Under the pieces are notes generated by a model. The model made no database searches. It was not told where the DNA came from and worked only from the letters and a program-made list of their open reading frames with translations. Both the position numbers and the translations under genes were made by a program. A DNA stretch of 62,940 bases, taken from Armatimonadota bacterium. GTDB lineage: Bacteria; Armatimonadota; SYMT01. Each line of letters opens with the position of its first letter. Position 1 is the first letter of the stretch. Of the stretch, positions 1 to 10,211 are shown one piece after another. The stretch covers positions 1 through 62,940 of the forward strand of contig JBKBRF010000040.1 in the NCBI GenBank assembly GCA_046292385.1. Direction: 5' to 3'.

Positions 1-42
1 CTTGCACCTGCCAGAAACCATGCCGATGTACGAAGTGTAGTG

Positions 43-95
43 GAAAGATTCAGCCTCGCTTGATGCTTCGCAGCCACCGCGAGGCTGAATCTTTC
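43..95. repeat. Perfect 17-bp inverted repeat (hairpin, possible terminator)
   Basis: GAAAGATTCAGCCTCGC (43-59) and GCGAGGCTGAATCTTTC (79-95), 19-nt loop, in a lower-GC stretch. Confidence 0.7.
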
Positions 96-393
96 TTACA
101 AACTGCGGAACTTGGGCTAGCTCTGCTGCATGCTTGAACCACCAAGCAAGCCTTCTGCCAAACCCGACCCGGTCCTCAAGCGTTTTCCGGCTGCATCCCT
201 GTGCCTTTAGGCTATCTACCCACTCATCTAGGGCTTGCTGAAGGGGGACTGCGAAGGGGGAGGAGGGTTCTTCCCTCTAGGGAGCGGGTGGGATTTCCCC
301 CGGGGGAGGGTGTCTTTAGCCATCTTCAACCTTTCACTGAAGGCTGGAAAACCGGCTCACCCACTCACCCCAGGCACAGATTGTTAGCTAACA

Positions 394-466
394 CGCCCCC
401 GGAGAGATTCGAACTCCCGACGCCCTCCTTAGGACGGAGGCGCTCTATCCCCTGAGCTACGGAGGC
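394..466 (-). tRNA. tRNA-Arg(CCT), 3' CCA not encoded
   Basis: Reverse complement folds as a cloverleaf: acceptor GCCTCCG/CGGGGGC, D arm GCTC..GAGC, anticodon stem CCTCC/GGAGG with loop GT-CCT-AA, T loop TTCGAAT. Confidence 0.93.
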
Positions 467-660
467 AGGTGCCCGGCGGCGGCGTGCGCGGCCTGGGGCA
501 CAGCTAATGGTAACATGCCTTCCCCTGCGCGAAAAGAGGCGAGCAGGCAACACCTTGCGGGAGCCCGAACCCTTCCCAGGGACGAAAGCGTTACGTATTT
601 CGACCCACGCTGCACTGGCCCATCCGGCGGGCAGGAGCCGTGCCCTGGAGAGGAGTGCCG

Positions 661-1050
661 ATGTTCTGCCCGGACTGCCGCATCGAGTACCGCCCCGGCT
701 TCGACCAGTGCGCCGACTGCCGCGTGCCGCTGGTCGACGAGCTCGCGCCCTTGCCCGCGCCGCCGGAGTCGACCGCCGAGGAGAAGCGCTGGGAGCTGAA
801 CCGCACCGACAGCCTCGGCATCGCGTTCATCCAGGGCGGGCTCATCGGCTACGCCATCGGGCTGATGCTTAATGCTGTGGGTGGATTCGCCATCGAGCGG
901 ATGCTGCTTAGCCAGGGTGGGTCCCTGCCCCCGTACATCGGCACTCCATTTCCTGCCTGGGCCTCGCTGGTGCATCCGCTGCTCTCCATGCTGCCGCCGA
1001 TGGGGATCGTGATCGGCGGATACGTGGCGCGGAGCCGGCGCCTGCGGTAA
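661..1050 (+). CDS. Small membrane protein with N-terminal zinc ribbon
   Basis: MFCPDCRIEYRPGFDQCADCRVPLV (two CxxC), then hydrophobic segments; GAGGAG RBS before ATG 661. Confidence 0.7.
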   Translation: MFCPDCRIEYRPGFDQCADCRVPLVDELAPLPAPPESTAEEKRWELNRTDSLGIAFIQGGLIGYAIGLMLNAVGGFAIERMLLSQGGSLPPYIGTPFPAWASLVHPLLSMLPPMGIVIGGYVARSRRLR

Positions 1051-1193
1051 GCGCCCGCGGAGGGTGTTGCCGTCCTCCCCTCTCGGGTGGTACCCTGCAG
1101 AGGCCGAGCCGCCTGGCGTCTCGTCAAGCGGCGGGCAATCCTGGGGCAGGCTCGAGACCGGTCCCTGGCTCCTGAAACCTGGCCCCTGCCTGC

Positions 1194-3797
1194 ATGGACG
1201 TAGCCGTCTGTCACGTCAACGCCGATTTCGACAGCCTGGGCGGGCTGGTCGGAGCCGCGCGCCTCTATCCCGGGGCCACGATGGTGCTGCCCGGCGGCGA
1301 GAGCCCCCCGGTGCGCGACTTCCTGACGCTCCACCGGGAGGTGCTGGCGCCGCGCACGCCGGCGGAGATCGACGCGGAGGCGATCACGCGGGTGATCGTG
1401 GTCGACACCTCCTCCCGCGGGCGGCTGGGGCCGGCGGCGGAGTGGCTCGACCTGCCCGGCGTGGCGGTGCATCTCTACGACCACCACCTGGAGACACAGC
1501 TCGACTTCCAGCCGGTGCTGAGCCGGCGCGAGCGCTGGGGCGCCGTCTCGAGCATCATCGCGCACGCGCTGCGGGACCGGGAGATCACGCCGACCCCGGT
1601 GGAGGCGACGGCGCTGCTCCTGGGAATCTACGAGGATACCGGCTCGCTCTCCTACGCGGGTACCACCCCGGAAGACCTGGAGGCGGCGGCCTGGCTGGTG
1701 CGGCTGGGGGGCGATCTGGACGTGGTGGCGCAGTTCACCCGCCGCCTGCTCACCCCGGCACAGCGGGAGCTGCTGCTTACGCTGCTCGCCAACCTCCAGG
1801 TGCGGGAGATACGCGGCGCCGCGCTCGGCTTTGCCTGGGCTCCGCCCGGACCGCACGTGGAAGACGCGGCGGTGCTGGCGCACCGGCTGCTCGACGCGGA
1901 GGAGACGGAGGCGGTCTTCATCCTGCTGCAGTCGCAGGACCGGGTCCACCTGATCGGCCGGAGCCGGTCGGACGCGGTGGACGTCGGCGGCACGCTGCGA
2001 GAGCTGGGCGGCGGCGGTCACGCGCGGGCCGCCTCCGCGCGGTTCCGTGGGGAAGCGGCGGAGAGCGTGATGGCGCGGCTGCAGGAGGCGGTGGCGCGCC
2101 ACGTGACGCCGGAGCCGGTGGCGCGGGAGCTGATGGCCTATCCGGTCCGCTCCGTCTCGCCGGAGGATACGGTCGACGAGGCGCGGCGGCGGATGATCCG
2201 CTACGGCCACTCCGGGCTGCTGGTGATGGAAGGCGGGCGCATGCAGGGCGTCGTGACGCGGCGGGACGTCGATAAGGCGCGGCACCACCGGCTGGAGCAC
2301 GCGCCCGTCCGCGGCTTCATGACCCGGGAGGTGCGCTCCGTCTCGCCGGAGACCCCCCTTTCCGAGCTGGAGCGGATCATGCTCCAGGACGGCATCGGCC
2401 GCCTGCCGGTGCTGCGAGGGGCGACGGTGGTCGGGATCGTCACGCGCACCGATCTGCTCCGCGCGCGGCACGGGCCCCGCTACCTCGCCGGCTCTCCCCC
2501 GCACGGGGAGGAGCCGGTGGCTCAGCTTCTCCGGGAGCGGCTGCCCGCGCGGGTGCAGCGGCTGCTGGAGAAAGTCGGCACGGCGGCGCAGCGGCAAGAG
2601 TGCGAGGCGTACGTCGTCGGCGGCTTCGTGCGCGACCTGATCCTCGACGTCCGCAACCTCGACGTCGATATCCTGGTCGAGCCGGACGCGCTGCCGCTGG
2701 CGCAGGCGTTCGCGGAGGCGGCGGAGGGGGCGCTGACGGTGGAGGAGCGCTTCGGTACCGCCAAGGTGCGGCTGCCGGACGGCTTTCCGGTCGACTTCGC
2801 CACCGCCCGCACCGAGTCGTATGCGCATCCCGGCGCGCTGCCGGACGTGGAGCGCTCCTCCGTGGTCGACGACCTCCGCCGCCGCGACTTCACGATCAAC
2901 GCGCTCGCGGTGGCGCTGCGTCCGGAGCGATTCGGAGAACTGCTCGACCCGTTCGGCGGCCGCGCGGACCTGGACCGGCGCCGACTCCGGGTCCTCCACG
3001 CGTTAAGCTTTCACGAGGATCCGACCCGGCTCTTCCGGGCCGCTCGCTTCGAGGAGCGGTTCCACTTCCGGATGGATGGCCACACGGAGGCGCTGGCGCG
3101 GGAGGCGGTCCGCTCCGGCGCGATCGGCCGCATCAGCGCGGACCGGCTGCGGCGGGAGCTGTACCTCAGCTTCCGGGAGGCGCGGCGCCTGGGAGTGCTG
3201 GCGCGACTGCAGGAGCTGGGGGTCCTGGCCTGGCTCCACCCGGAGCTGCGACTGGAGGAGCCGCTGCTGCAGGCACTGCCGGGGGCGCTGGAGTGGTGGC
3301 AGGACACGGCTGCGGAGCCGGTAGAGGCGCGGCTCGTCTACCTGGCGGCGCTGCTCGCCGCGCTGGGGCCGGAGGGTGCGTCGGTGCTGGCGCAGGAGCG
3401 GCTGGCGGTGAAGCCGGCGGCGCAGCGGAAGCTGCGCACGGCCCTGGCGACGCTGCAGGAGCGGGAGCGGCTGCTCCCGCCGCACGCCTCCGCCGCGGAG
3501 GTGACCCGCGCGCTGGAGCCGCTGCCGCCGGAGGCGCTGGTACTGCTGCGCGCCGGGCTGGCCGGAGCGCACGAGGCAGCGCGGGCCACGCTCCATCGGT
3601 TTGTCGCCGAATGGCGGCATACTAAGCTGGAGATCACGGGTGAAGACCTGAAGGCGCTCGGCTATCGCGCCGGCCCGGCACTCGGCGCCGCGCTGCGGGC
3701 GACGCTCGACGCGAAACGGAACGGGGAGCTGAGCGGACGGGAAGCGGAGCTGGCGTACGCCTGCAGGCTGCTGGATGAGGACGGGAGAGCGAGATGA
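1194..3797 (+). CDS. DHH/DHHA1-CBS-domain tRNA nucleotidyltransferase (CCA- or A-adding type)
   Basis: HVNADFD, DHH and GGGGH motifs, a CBS pair, then class II NTase motifs VGGFVRD, DVDI, DLRRRDFTINA, EDPTRLFRAARF. Confidence 0.93.
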   Translation: MDVAVCHVNADFDSLGGLVGAARLYPGATMVLPGGESPPVRDFLTLHREVLAPRTPAEIDAEAITRVIVVDTSSRGRLGPAAEWLDLPGVAVHLYDHHLETQLDFQPVLSRRERWGAVSSIIAHALRDREITPTPVEATALLLGIYEDTGSLSYAGTTPEDLEAAAWLVRLGGDLDVVAQFTRRLLTPAQRELLLTLLANLQVREIRGAALGFAWAPPGPHVEDAAVLAHRLLDAEETEAVFILLQSQDRVHLIGRSRSDAVDVGGTLRELGGGGHARAASARFRGEAAESVMARLQEAVARHVTPEPVARELMAYPVRSVSPEDTVDEARRRMIRYGHSGLLVMEGGRMQGVVTRRDVDKARHHRLEHAPVRGFMTREVRSVSPETPLSELERIMLQDGIGRLPVLRGATVVGIVTRTDLLRARHGPRYLAGSPPHGEEPVAQLLRERLPARVQRLLEKVGTAAQRQECEAYVVGGFVRDLILDVRNLDVDILVEPDALPLAQAFAEAAEGALTVEERFGTAKVRLPDGFPVDFATARTESYAHPGALPDVERSSVVDDLRRRDFTINALAVALRPERFGELLDPFGGRADLDRRRLRVLHALSFHEDPTRLFRAARFEERFHFRMDGHTEALAREAVRSGAIGRISADRLRRELYLSFREARRLGVLARLQELGVLAWLHPELRLEEPLLQALPGALEWWQDTAAEPVEARLVYLAALLAALGPEGASVLAQERLAVKPAAQRKLRTALATLQERERLLPPHASAAEVTRALEPLPPEALVLLRAGLAGAHEAARATLHRFVAEWRHTKLEITGEDLKALGYRAGPALGAALRATLDAKRNGELSGREAELAYACRLLDEDGRAR

Positions 3798-4411
3798 CAG
3801 GGGACCTGCAGTATTCAATCTACGTGATCTTCGCGCTGGTCATCGCGATTCCGGTGCACGAGTTCGCGCACGCGCTCTCGGCGGTGAGCAATGGGGACGA
3901 CGGTCCGCGGCGGGACGGGCGGCTCTCGATCATGCCGTGGGATCACTTCGATCCGTTCGGCGCTTTCTTTTGCGTGGTCAGCGCCCTGACGGGCTTCGGT
4001 CTCGGCTGGGGCAAGCCGGTGATGGTGAACCCCCACGTGCTGAACAACCCGCGGTGGGATATGTGCAAGATCGCCGCGTGGGGGCCGTTCTCCAACTTGC
4101 TGCTCGCCATCCTCTTCGCGCTGCCGCTGCGGTTCGGGCTCGTCGACGGTGAGGCCGCGACGCTGCTGCTGGTGTTCGTGATGGTGAACCTGAGCCTGAT
4201 GCTCTTCAACCTGATCCCGATCGCCCCGCTCGACGGCTCCAAGATCCTGGTCACCTTTCTGCCGGACCGCCAGGCCTACGAGTATAGCCGCTTCATGGAG
4301 CGGTTCGGGATGTTGATGCTGCTCGGGCTGATCATGTTCGGGCGGGGGCTGCTCGGGTACCTGATCGTGGTCCCGATGATGCAGATCATGGAGATCCTGC
4401 TGGGCCGGTAA
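3794..4411 (+). CDS. Site-2 protease (M50 family zinc metalloprotease)
   Basis: HEFAH and FNLIPIAPLDG motifs, hydrophobic helices, ATGA overlap with the upstream gene. Confidence 0.92.
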   Translation: MTGDLQYSIYVIFALVIAIPVHEFAHALSAVSNGDDGPRRDGRLSIMPWDHFDPFGAFFCVVSALTGFGLGWGKPVMVNPHVLNNPRWDMCKIAAWGPFSNLLLAILFALPLRFGLVDGEAATLLLVFVMVNLSLMLFNLIPIAPLDGSKILVTFLPDRQAYEYSRFMERFGMLMLLGLIMFGRGLLGYLIVVPMMQIMEILLGR

Positions 4412-5612
4412 CCACGCCGCCGTGGAAGCTCCGGAGCAGTTTCCGTACCCCTCGCCCACTCAGCCGCGCACCCCGGGCCGCCGTGTTGCGCATGGTGTGC
4501 CGCCGCACCGTCAGCTCCACCAACTCTCGCTCACGAGACGCGAAGCGCGACTTGTACCCCGCCGAGCCGCGGAGGAAGTCCCACTCCCGCACGCCCTGTT
4601 CCGCCAGCCACTGCATGAGCAGGAGCTGCAGCGCGAGGCCGGGGCTCTCGAGCTGCCCGACCGCCTGGGCGTGGATGCCGCACTGGTAGAACTCGAACCG
4701 GCCGTGGGCCAGGAAGCCGTAGATAACGCCGAGTGCCTCGTCGCCACGCCCCAGGCGCGCGAGCAGCGCGCGCCGCGCGCCGCCCAGCCGGACCGCCAGC
4801 TCCGAGTGGAACTCCAGAAACCGCGGCGCGGAGAAGACGCCCGGCTTGCCGGCCGCCGTCCACCGCCGCTGGTGCAGCGCCACCAGCTCCCCGAAGTACC
4901 GGCGGGTCTCCGCCGCTCCGGAGGCGACGGAGAGCTCCAGCCCTTCTTTCTCCGCCGCGCGCAAGAGCCGCCGCGCCTGCTTCCGAAAGCTGCCGGAGCG
5001 GCCCTGAAGGTAGGCGTCGAAGCCGCCGGACAGGTCGGCGATCACGCACTGGGAGACCGGCTCCGTCTCCACGGCGCAGCCGGTGATCATGTGGCGCGCG
5101 GCGCCGGAGAGCAGGAGGGAGTCGGCCGCTGCGCCGCGCAGCGCCAACTCGTCCCATGGTCCGATCGTCACCCCCTGCAGCGTGGACCAGACTTCCCGGG
5201 AAGCCGCTTCCTCGTGCCCCGGGCGCGTGAGGAGGTCGAGGTAGTCCGGGCAGGTCTCCTCCCGCTCCAGCTCCCCCGTGGAAAGAAACAGCAGCCGCCG
5301 GGGCGCCATCGGATAGGAGCGCTGCAGGTAGAGCGGCAGCGCGCCGACCAGCTCACTCCCCCGCCGGACCAGCACCACCCGCAGTGCGTCCTCCCGCGCG
5401 TAGGCGGGACCGTAGTGCCGCCACCAGCCGGAGAGCCACTCCCAGCTCAGCGCCGGCTCGCCCGCCGTGCTCGCGGCGTGCAGCTCTCGCCACTCCGGCT
5501 CCAGGGCCTGCCACTCCGCCGGGGTGCGGACGATCTGCGTGCGGTAGTGATCCGAGCTCGAGAGACCTACCGGGGAGGGCCGGAGCGAAGAGGACGGGTC
5601 GAGGAGTTCCAT
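4386..5612 (-). CDS. GNAT family acetyltransferase (CelD/BcsL-like)
   Basis: W..L..EW..L N-terminus, SWEWLSGWW, DYLDLL, SPG..L and WDFLRGSAGYKSRF motifs. Confidence 0.85.
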   Translation of the reverse strand: MELLDPSSSLRPSPVGLSSSDHYRTQIVRTPAEWQALEPEWRELHAASTAGEPALSWEWLSGWWRHYGPAYAREDALRVVLVRRGSELVGALPLYLQRSYPMAPRRLLFLSTGELEREETCPDYLDLLTRPGHEEAASREVWSTLQGVTIGPWDELALRGAAADSLLLSGAARHMITGCAVETEPVSQCVIADLSGGFDAYLQGRSGSFRKQARRLLRAAEKEGLELSVASGAAETRRYFGELVALHQRRWTAAGKPGVFSAPRFLEFHSELAVRLGGARRALLARLGRGDEALGVIYGFLAHGRFEFYQCGIHAQAVGQLESPGLALQLLLMQWLAEQGVREWDFLRGSAGYKSRFASRERELVELTVRRHTMRNTAARGARLSGRGVRKLLRSFHGGVVTGPAGSP

Positions 5613-5903
5613 CGGGGGCGCCAGTTCTGGAGATGCCTGACAAGCGACAGCGGCCTGCGGGAGCGCGCTGCTCCGGGAGCAGCGACTCTGCGGCCTCCGT
5701 CGTCCATACCCGGCAGTCCGGAAGAGTAAACAGCGTTTCTTAGAGAAGCGGCCTCTCGGAAGTAGGGCGGGCGCCGCTGTGGGGAAGAAAGATTGACGCT
5801 GCGGCAGAGAGCGAGCTTCGGTGGGGCGTGGTGCCAGTCACTGCCGGTCGAGCTTGGCCGGGGAATACGCTGGCCGGGGCTCTGATATGGGAGACCAGTG
5901 GAA

Positions 5904-5956
5904 CGTACTACAAAACCTCGGTATACTCGGCCTGATCTCCTAGATTTTGTAGTACG
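5904..5956 (+). promoter_or_regulatory. Inverted-repeat operator and -10 box of the abiE operon
   Basis: CGTACTACAAAA (5904-5915) and TTTTGTAGTACG (5945-5956) flank TATACT (5922-5927), directly before ATG 5957. Confidence 0.75.
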
Positions 5957-6559
5957 ATGTCAGTCCCTACTACGGAGCGGGTGCTCCAACTAGCGCGTCA
6001 GCTTGGCACGATACGGCCACGCGACCTCATAGCCAGCGGCCTCCCCCACACGATGCTAGCCCAGCTTGAACGGCAGGGGAGGCTGGAACGGGTGGCGCGG
6101 GGCATCTACCGGGTTGCTGACCAGCCGGCGAGCTCGCACCAGTCGCTGGCTGAGGTCTGCGCGCGTGTCCCCAAAGGCGTGATTTGTCTGCTATCTGCAC
6201 TCCAGTACCACCAACTCGGCACCCAGAGCCCTTTCGAGGTCTGGGTTGCCCTGCCGCCCAAGCACTGGACACCTAAGAGTGACTATCCGCCTCTACGTGT
6301 GGTCCGCTTCTCGGGCCGGGCTCTCAGCGAGGGCGTGGAGGAGCACCGGACCACGGCTGGCGTGATCCGGGTCTACTCGGTCCCGAAGACGGTGGTCGAT
6401 TGCTTCCGGCATCGGAACAAGGTTGGGCTCGACGTGGCGCTGGAGGCACTGCAGGCCTGCCTCCGGGAGCGCCGCGCGACCGTAGATGAGCTCTGGCGGT
6501 GTGCCCAGCTCCTCCGCGCCGCCGGGGTGATGCGCCCCTACCTGGAGGCCCTGGCATGA
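5957..6559 (+). CDS. abiEi: Type IV toxin-antitoxin antitoxin, AbiEi family
   Basis: N-terminal winged HTH (LERVARGIY), GVICLLSAL.YH, YSVPKTVVDCFRHRNKVGLDVALEAL. Confidence 0.9.
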   Translation: MSVPTTERVLQLARQLGTIRPRDLIASGLPHTMLAQLERQGRLERVARGIYRVADQPASSHQSLAEVCARVPKGVICLLSALQYHQLGTQSPFEVWVALPPKHWTPKSDYPPLRVVRFSGRALSEGVEEHRTTAGVIRVYSVPKTVVDCFRHRNKVGLDVALEALQACLRERRATVDELWRCAQLLRAAGVMRPYLEALA

Positions 6560-7527
6560 CGCAGAAGAAGCCGCGGGACGTTTCCGCTTCCGTTCGGGCG
6601 CGTCTTCTCAACGCCGCGCGAGAGCGCGGAGAGGAGAACCAGTATGTGCTCATGCGGTACGCCGCGGAACGGCTGCTATATCGTTTGAGCCTTACGCCGT
6701 ATCGAGAACGGTTCATTCTCAAGGGCGCCAAGCTCTTTGAGATCTGGACCGGTGAAAGCCACCGGCCGACGCGCGACGTGGACTTCCTGGGCTTCGGGAG
6801 TCCCGTAGTCGCGGAGCTGGTCACCGTGTTTCAGGAGATCTGCCGGCAAGAGGTTCCGGAGGATGATGGGATCAGCTTCGATCCAGCCAGCGTGAGGGGG
6901 GCGCCTGCCCGTCAGGACCAGGAATACCAGGGAGCGGCCATCGTGCTACAGGCCAATCTGGGCAATGCCGTCATCCCCGTGCAGATCGACTTCGGCTTTG
7001 GAGACGCGATCACCCCGGCTGCGGAAGAAGTGGAGCTACCCACGCTGCTTCCGCTCCCCCCACCCCGCCTGCGGACCTACCCCCGGGAAACCGTCATCGC
7101 CGAGAAGCTGCAGGCGATGGTGATGCTGGGCATCGCCAACAGCAGGATGAAGGACTACTACGACCTGTGGTTTCTGGCGCAGGAGTTCAGCTTCGATGGG
7201 TTGCTGCTCCAGAAGGCAGTCGTGGCGACTTTCCAGCGGCGGAACACGGAGATTCCTTCACAGCTACCAACGGGGCTCAGCCGCGAGTTCTACGACTCTT
7301 CCGACAAGCAGGCCCAATGGCGTGCCTTCGTGCGGCGGAGCCGTCTTGCCGGCGAGGGCGCCGAGCTTTCAACGGTAACCGCGCTTCTGACTCGATTCCT
7401 GTGGCCCTTACTCACGGCGGCATGGGAGGGGCGCGAGCTCGCCGCCGCGTGGAATCCTGCGACGTTGACCTGGGAGATACGCGTTTCGGATCGTCAGGAC
7501 CGGGCACCTGTGGGGAGCGCCGGCTGA
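6556..7527 (+). CDS. abiEii: Type IV toxin, AbiEii/AbiGii nucleotidyltransferase
   Basis: SVRARLLN, ERLLYRL, FILKG, RPTRDVDFL, AEKLQAM, NSRMKDYYD; ATGA overlap with the antitoxin. Confidence 0.92.
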   Translation: MTQKKPRDVSASVRARLLNAARERGEENQYVLMRYAAERLLYRLSLTPYRERFILKGAKLFEIWTGESHRPTRDVDFLGFGSPVVAELVTVFQEICRQEVPEDDGISFDPASVRGAPARQDQEYQGAAIVLQANLGNAVIPVQIDFGFGDAITPAAEEVELPTLLPLPPPRLRTYPRETVIAEKLQAMVMLGIANSRMKDYYDLWFLAQEFSFDGLLLQKAVVATFQRRNTEIPSQLPTGLSREFYDSSDKQAQWRAFVRRSRLAGEGAELSTVTALLTRFLWPLLTAAWEGRELAAAWNPATLTWEIRVSDRQDRAPVGSAG

Positions 7528-7652
7528 CGGGGCGCAGGGCGGTGCGTCGGTTCGGTGCCTTCCGTCTGCCGCGGCCAGCGGCGGTAGAGTGAGGCCGCAG
7601 CGTGGAGCCTCTCGCGCTCCGGTGCGGCGGGGGATCTGCCGACGGGGAGAGT

Positions 7653-8543
7653 ATGAGTCTTTCCGTTGTCGACCCCGCTGCCGCGGTGCTCTCTTGCGAG
7701 CAGGTGGAGCAGTTCCTCCGGTTCGGGTACGTGGTGCTGCACGATTGCTTTCCGCGGGAGCTGGCGGAGGCGTGGACGGCGCGGGCGATGGCCCGGCTCG
7801 GGTGCCGGGCGGACGATCCCGCAACGTGGCCGGCGAGCCGGATCCACATGCCGGGGGTGGAGCGGCGGGACCTGCGGGAGTTTTCTCCCCGGCTCTGGCG
7901 CGCCGCCTGCGAGCTGCTGGGCGGGGAGGAGCGGGTGCGCCCGTGTCACGTGAGCGACGGCTTCATCATCAACTTCCGGCTGGGGGCCGGGAGGCCGTGG
8001 CGGGCGCCGGCGCCGGATGCCGCGGCGTGGCATAAGGACGGCGACTACTTCCGCCACTTCCTCGATAGCCCGGAAGCGGGGCTGCTGACGCTGATGCTCT
8101 GGTCGGATCTCCAGCCGAAGGGGGGCGGGACGTTTCTGGCGCGGGACTCGGTGCCGGTGGTGGCGCGCTACCTGGCGGAGCGGCCGGAGGGGGTGCGGCC
8201 GGCGCGGCTGGAGGTCCGCCGCCTGATGGCGGAGTGCCGGGACTTCGTGGAGGTGACCGGCCGCGTGGGCGACGTGGTGCTGATGCACCCGTTCATGCTG
8301 CACGCCGCGTCGCCGAACCATTCCGGGAGACCGCGGTTCTTGACGAACCCGCCGCTCGCGCTGAAGCGGCCGATGAGCTTCCGCCGCGCTCGCAGCCGCT
8401 ACTCTCCGGTCGAGGCGGCGGTCCTCCGGGGGCTCGGGGTAGAAGCGCTCGACTTCACCCCCACCGGACCTCGGGAGCGAATCACGCCCGCCCGGGTCCG
8501 CAACCAGCGAAAGCTGCTGGCCGCGGAGCGAAGCCGCCGCTAG
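7653..8543 (+). CDS. Phytanoyl-CoA dioxygenase family protein
   Basis: EQVEQFLRFGYVVL, WHKDG, GGGT, GDVVLMHPFMLH Fe/2OG-type motifs. Confidence 0.85.
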   Translation: MSLSVVDPAAAVLSCEQVEQFLRFGYVVLHDCFPRELAEAWTARAMARLGCRADDPATWPASRIHMPGVERRDLREFSPRLWRAACELLGGEERVRPCHVSDGFIINFRLGAGRPWRAPAPDAAAWHKDGDYFRHFLDSPEAGLLTLMLWSDLQPKGGGTFLARDSVPVVARYLAERPEGVRPARLEVRRLMAECRDFVEVTGRVGDVVLMHPFMLHAASPNHSGRPRFLTNPPLALKRPMSFRRARSRYSPVEAAVLRGLGVEALDFTPTGPRERITPARVRNQRKLLAAERSRR

Positions 8544-8644
8544 CAAACCCCGGCTACTGTTTCTGCCTTCCACGCCCCGGGTAAATGCGGGATGTGCCGA
8601 TCACCCGCTGGTGGGGAAACCGCGGCACGGAGGCGCGGGAGCGT

Positions 8645-10159
8645 ATGCAGGCAGCCGAAACCGACCTACCCGGAGCACCGACCAGCCTCTGGCTGGCTAC
8701 CACGCCGGAGACGCATCTTCCCCCGCTGGCGCCGGGCCTCACGGTCGACGTTGCCGTCCTGGGCGGCGGGATCGCCGGATTGACCGCCGCGGCACTGCTG
8801 GTGGAGGCGGGCAAGTCGGTCGCGGTGATCGAGGCCAGGCGGATCGTGGAGGGAGTGACCGGCCACACCACCGCGAAGCTTACCTCGCTGCATGGGCTGG
8901 TCTACGACCGGCTGATTCGCAGCTTCGGAGAAGACCGGGCACGAGCCTACGCGGAGGCGAACCAGGCGGCGATCGACCTGGTAGAGAGCCGGGTCCAACA
9001 ACAGGGGATCGACTGCGACTTCCGCCGCACCGACGCCTACACCTGCGTCTGCGCGCCGGACCAGATCGGGAAAGTCGAGGCCGAGGTGGAGGCGGCGCTG
9101 CGGGTGGGTCTCCCGGCCGCCTTTACGCACCAGGCGCCGCTGCCATTCCCGACTGCCGCGGCGGTGCGACTCACCGGGCAGGCACGGTTCCACCCGCGGA
9201 AGTACCTGCTGGCCCTGGCGGAGGGCATCCGCGAAGCCGGCGGGCGGATCTTCGAGCAGACGCGGGCGCTCGACCTGACGGAAGGCGAGCCGTGTACGGT
9301 GGAGACCGACCGCGGTACGCTCTCCGCGCGGGAGGTGATTATCGCCACGCACTTCCCCAGCATCGACCGGGCGCTCTACTTTTCCCGGCTCGCTCCCTAC
9401 CGCTCTTACGTGCTGGCGGTGCGGCTGGACGGGCCGGTGCCGGAGGGGATGTTCCTGGGGGAAGACACCTTCTTCTCGCTGCGACCGCACCCTGGGCCGC
9501 AGGGAGAGCTGCTGCTGATCGGCGGCGAGAAGCACAAGGCGGGGCAGGGCGGCGACACCATCGCGCGCTACCGCCGGGTGGAAGAGTGGGCGCGGGAGCG
9601 GTTCCCGGTGGCGTCCGTGGAATACCGGTGGTCGACGCAGGACAACTGGACGCTGGACGGGGTTCCGTATATCGGCCGGGCCGCGCCCGGCAACGAGCAC
9701 CTGTACGTGGCGACCGGGTTCGCCGGCTGGGGCATGACCGGCGGTACGGTGGCGGGCATGCTGCTGCGCGACCTGATTACCGGGAAAGAGAACCGGTGGG
9801 CGGAGCTGTACGACCCGAACCGGGTGAACCGGGAGTCTCTCTCCTCGTTCGTGCGGGAGAACGCCGACGTCGCCCGGCACTTCGTGGGAGACCGGCTGGC
9901 GCGGCGGGAAGCGATCTCCCTCGCGCCCGGAGAGGGGGCGGTCGAGGAGCTGGACGGCGAAAAGGTGGCGGCCTACCGCGACGCCGGCGGCACTCTCCAC
10001 TGCTTCAAGCCGTACTGCACGCACATGGGATGCGTGCTCAACTGGAACCCGGCCGAGAAGAGCTGGGACTGTCCCTGCCACGGCTCGCGCTTCGCCGCGG
10101 AGGGAAGCGTCCTCCACGGCCCAGCGGTGAAGGCGCTGGAGCGAGTCGCGCCCGATTGA
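8645..10159 (+). CDS. FAD-dependent oxidoreductase with C-terminal Rieske domain (YhfW-like)
   Basis: GGGIAG dinucleotide fold, TGHTTAKLT, CTHMGC...WDCPCHGSRF. Confidence 0.92.
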   Translation: MQAAETDLPGAPTSLWLATTPETHLPPLAPGLTVDVAVLGGGIAGLTAAALLVEAGKSVAVIEARRIVEGVTGHTTAKLTSLHGLVYDRLIRSFGEDRARAYAEANQAAIDLVESRVQQQGIDCDFRRTDAYTCVCAPDQIGKVEAEVEAALRVGLPAAFTHQAPLPFPTAAAVRLTGQARFHPRKYLLALAEGIREAGGRIFEQTRALDLTEGEPCTVETDRGTLSAREVIIATHFPSIDRALYFSRLAPYRSYVLAVRLDGPVPEGMFLGEDTFFSLRPHPGPQGELLLIGGEKHKAGQGGDTIARYRRVEEWARERFPVASVEYRWSTQDNWTLDGVPYIGRAAPGNEHLYVATGFAGWGMTGGTVAGMLLRDLITGKENRWAELYDPNRVNRESLSSFVRENADVARHFVGDRLARREAISLAPGEGAVEELDGEKVAAYRDAGGTLHCFKPYCTHMGCVLNWNPAEKSWDCPCHGSRFAAEGSVLHGPAVKALERVAPD

Positions 10160-10211
10160 CGGCAAGCGAACCGCCGGGCGCGTGTAGCCCGGCTGAGGAA
10201 GGGGACTACCG

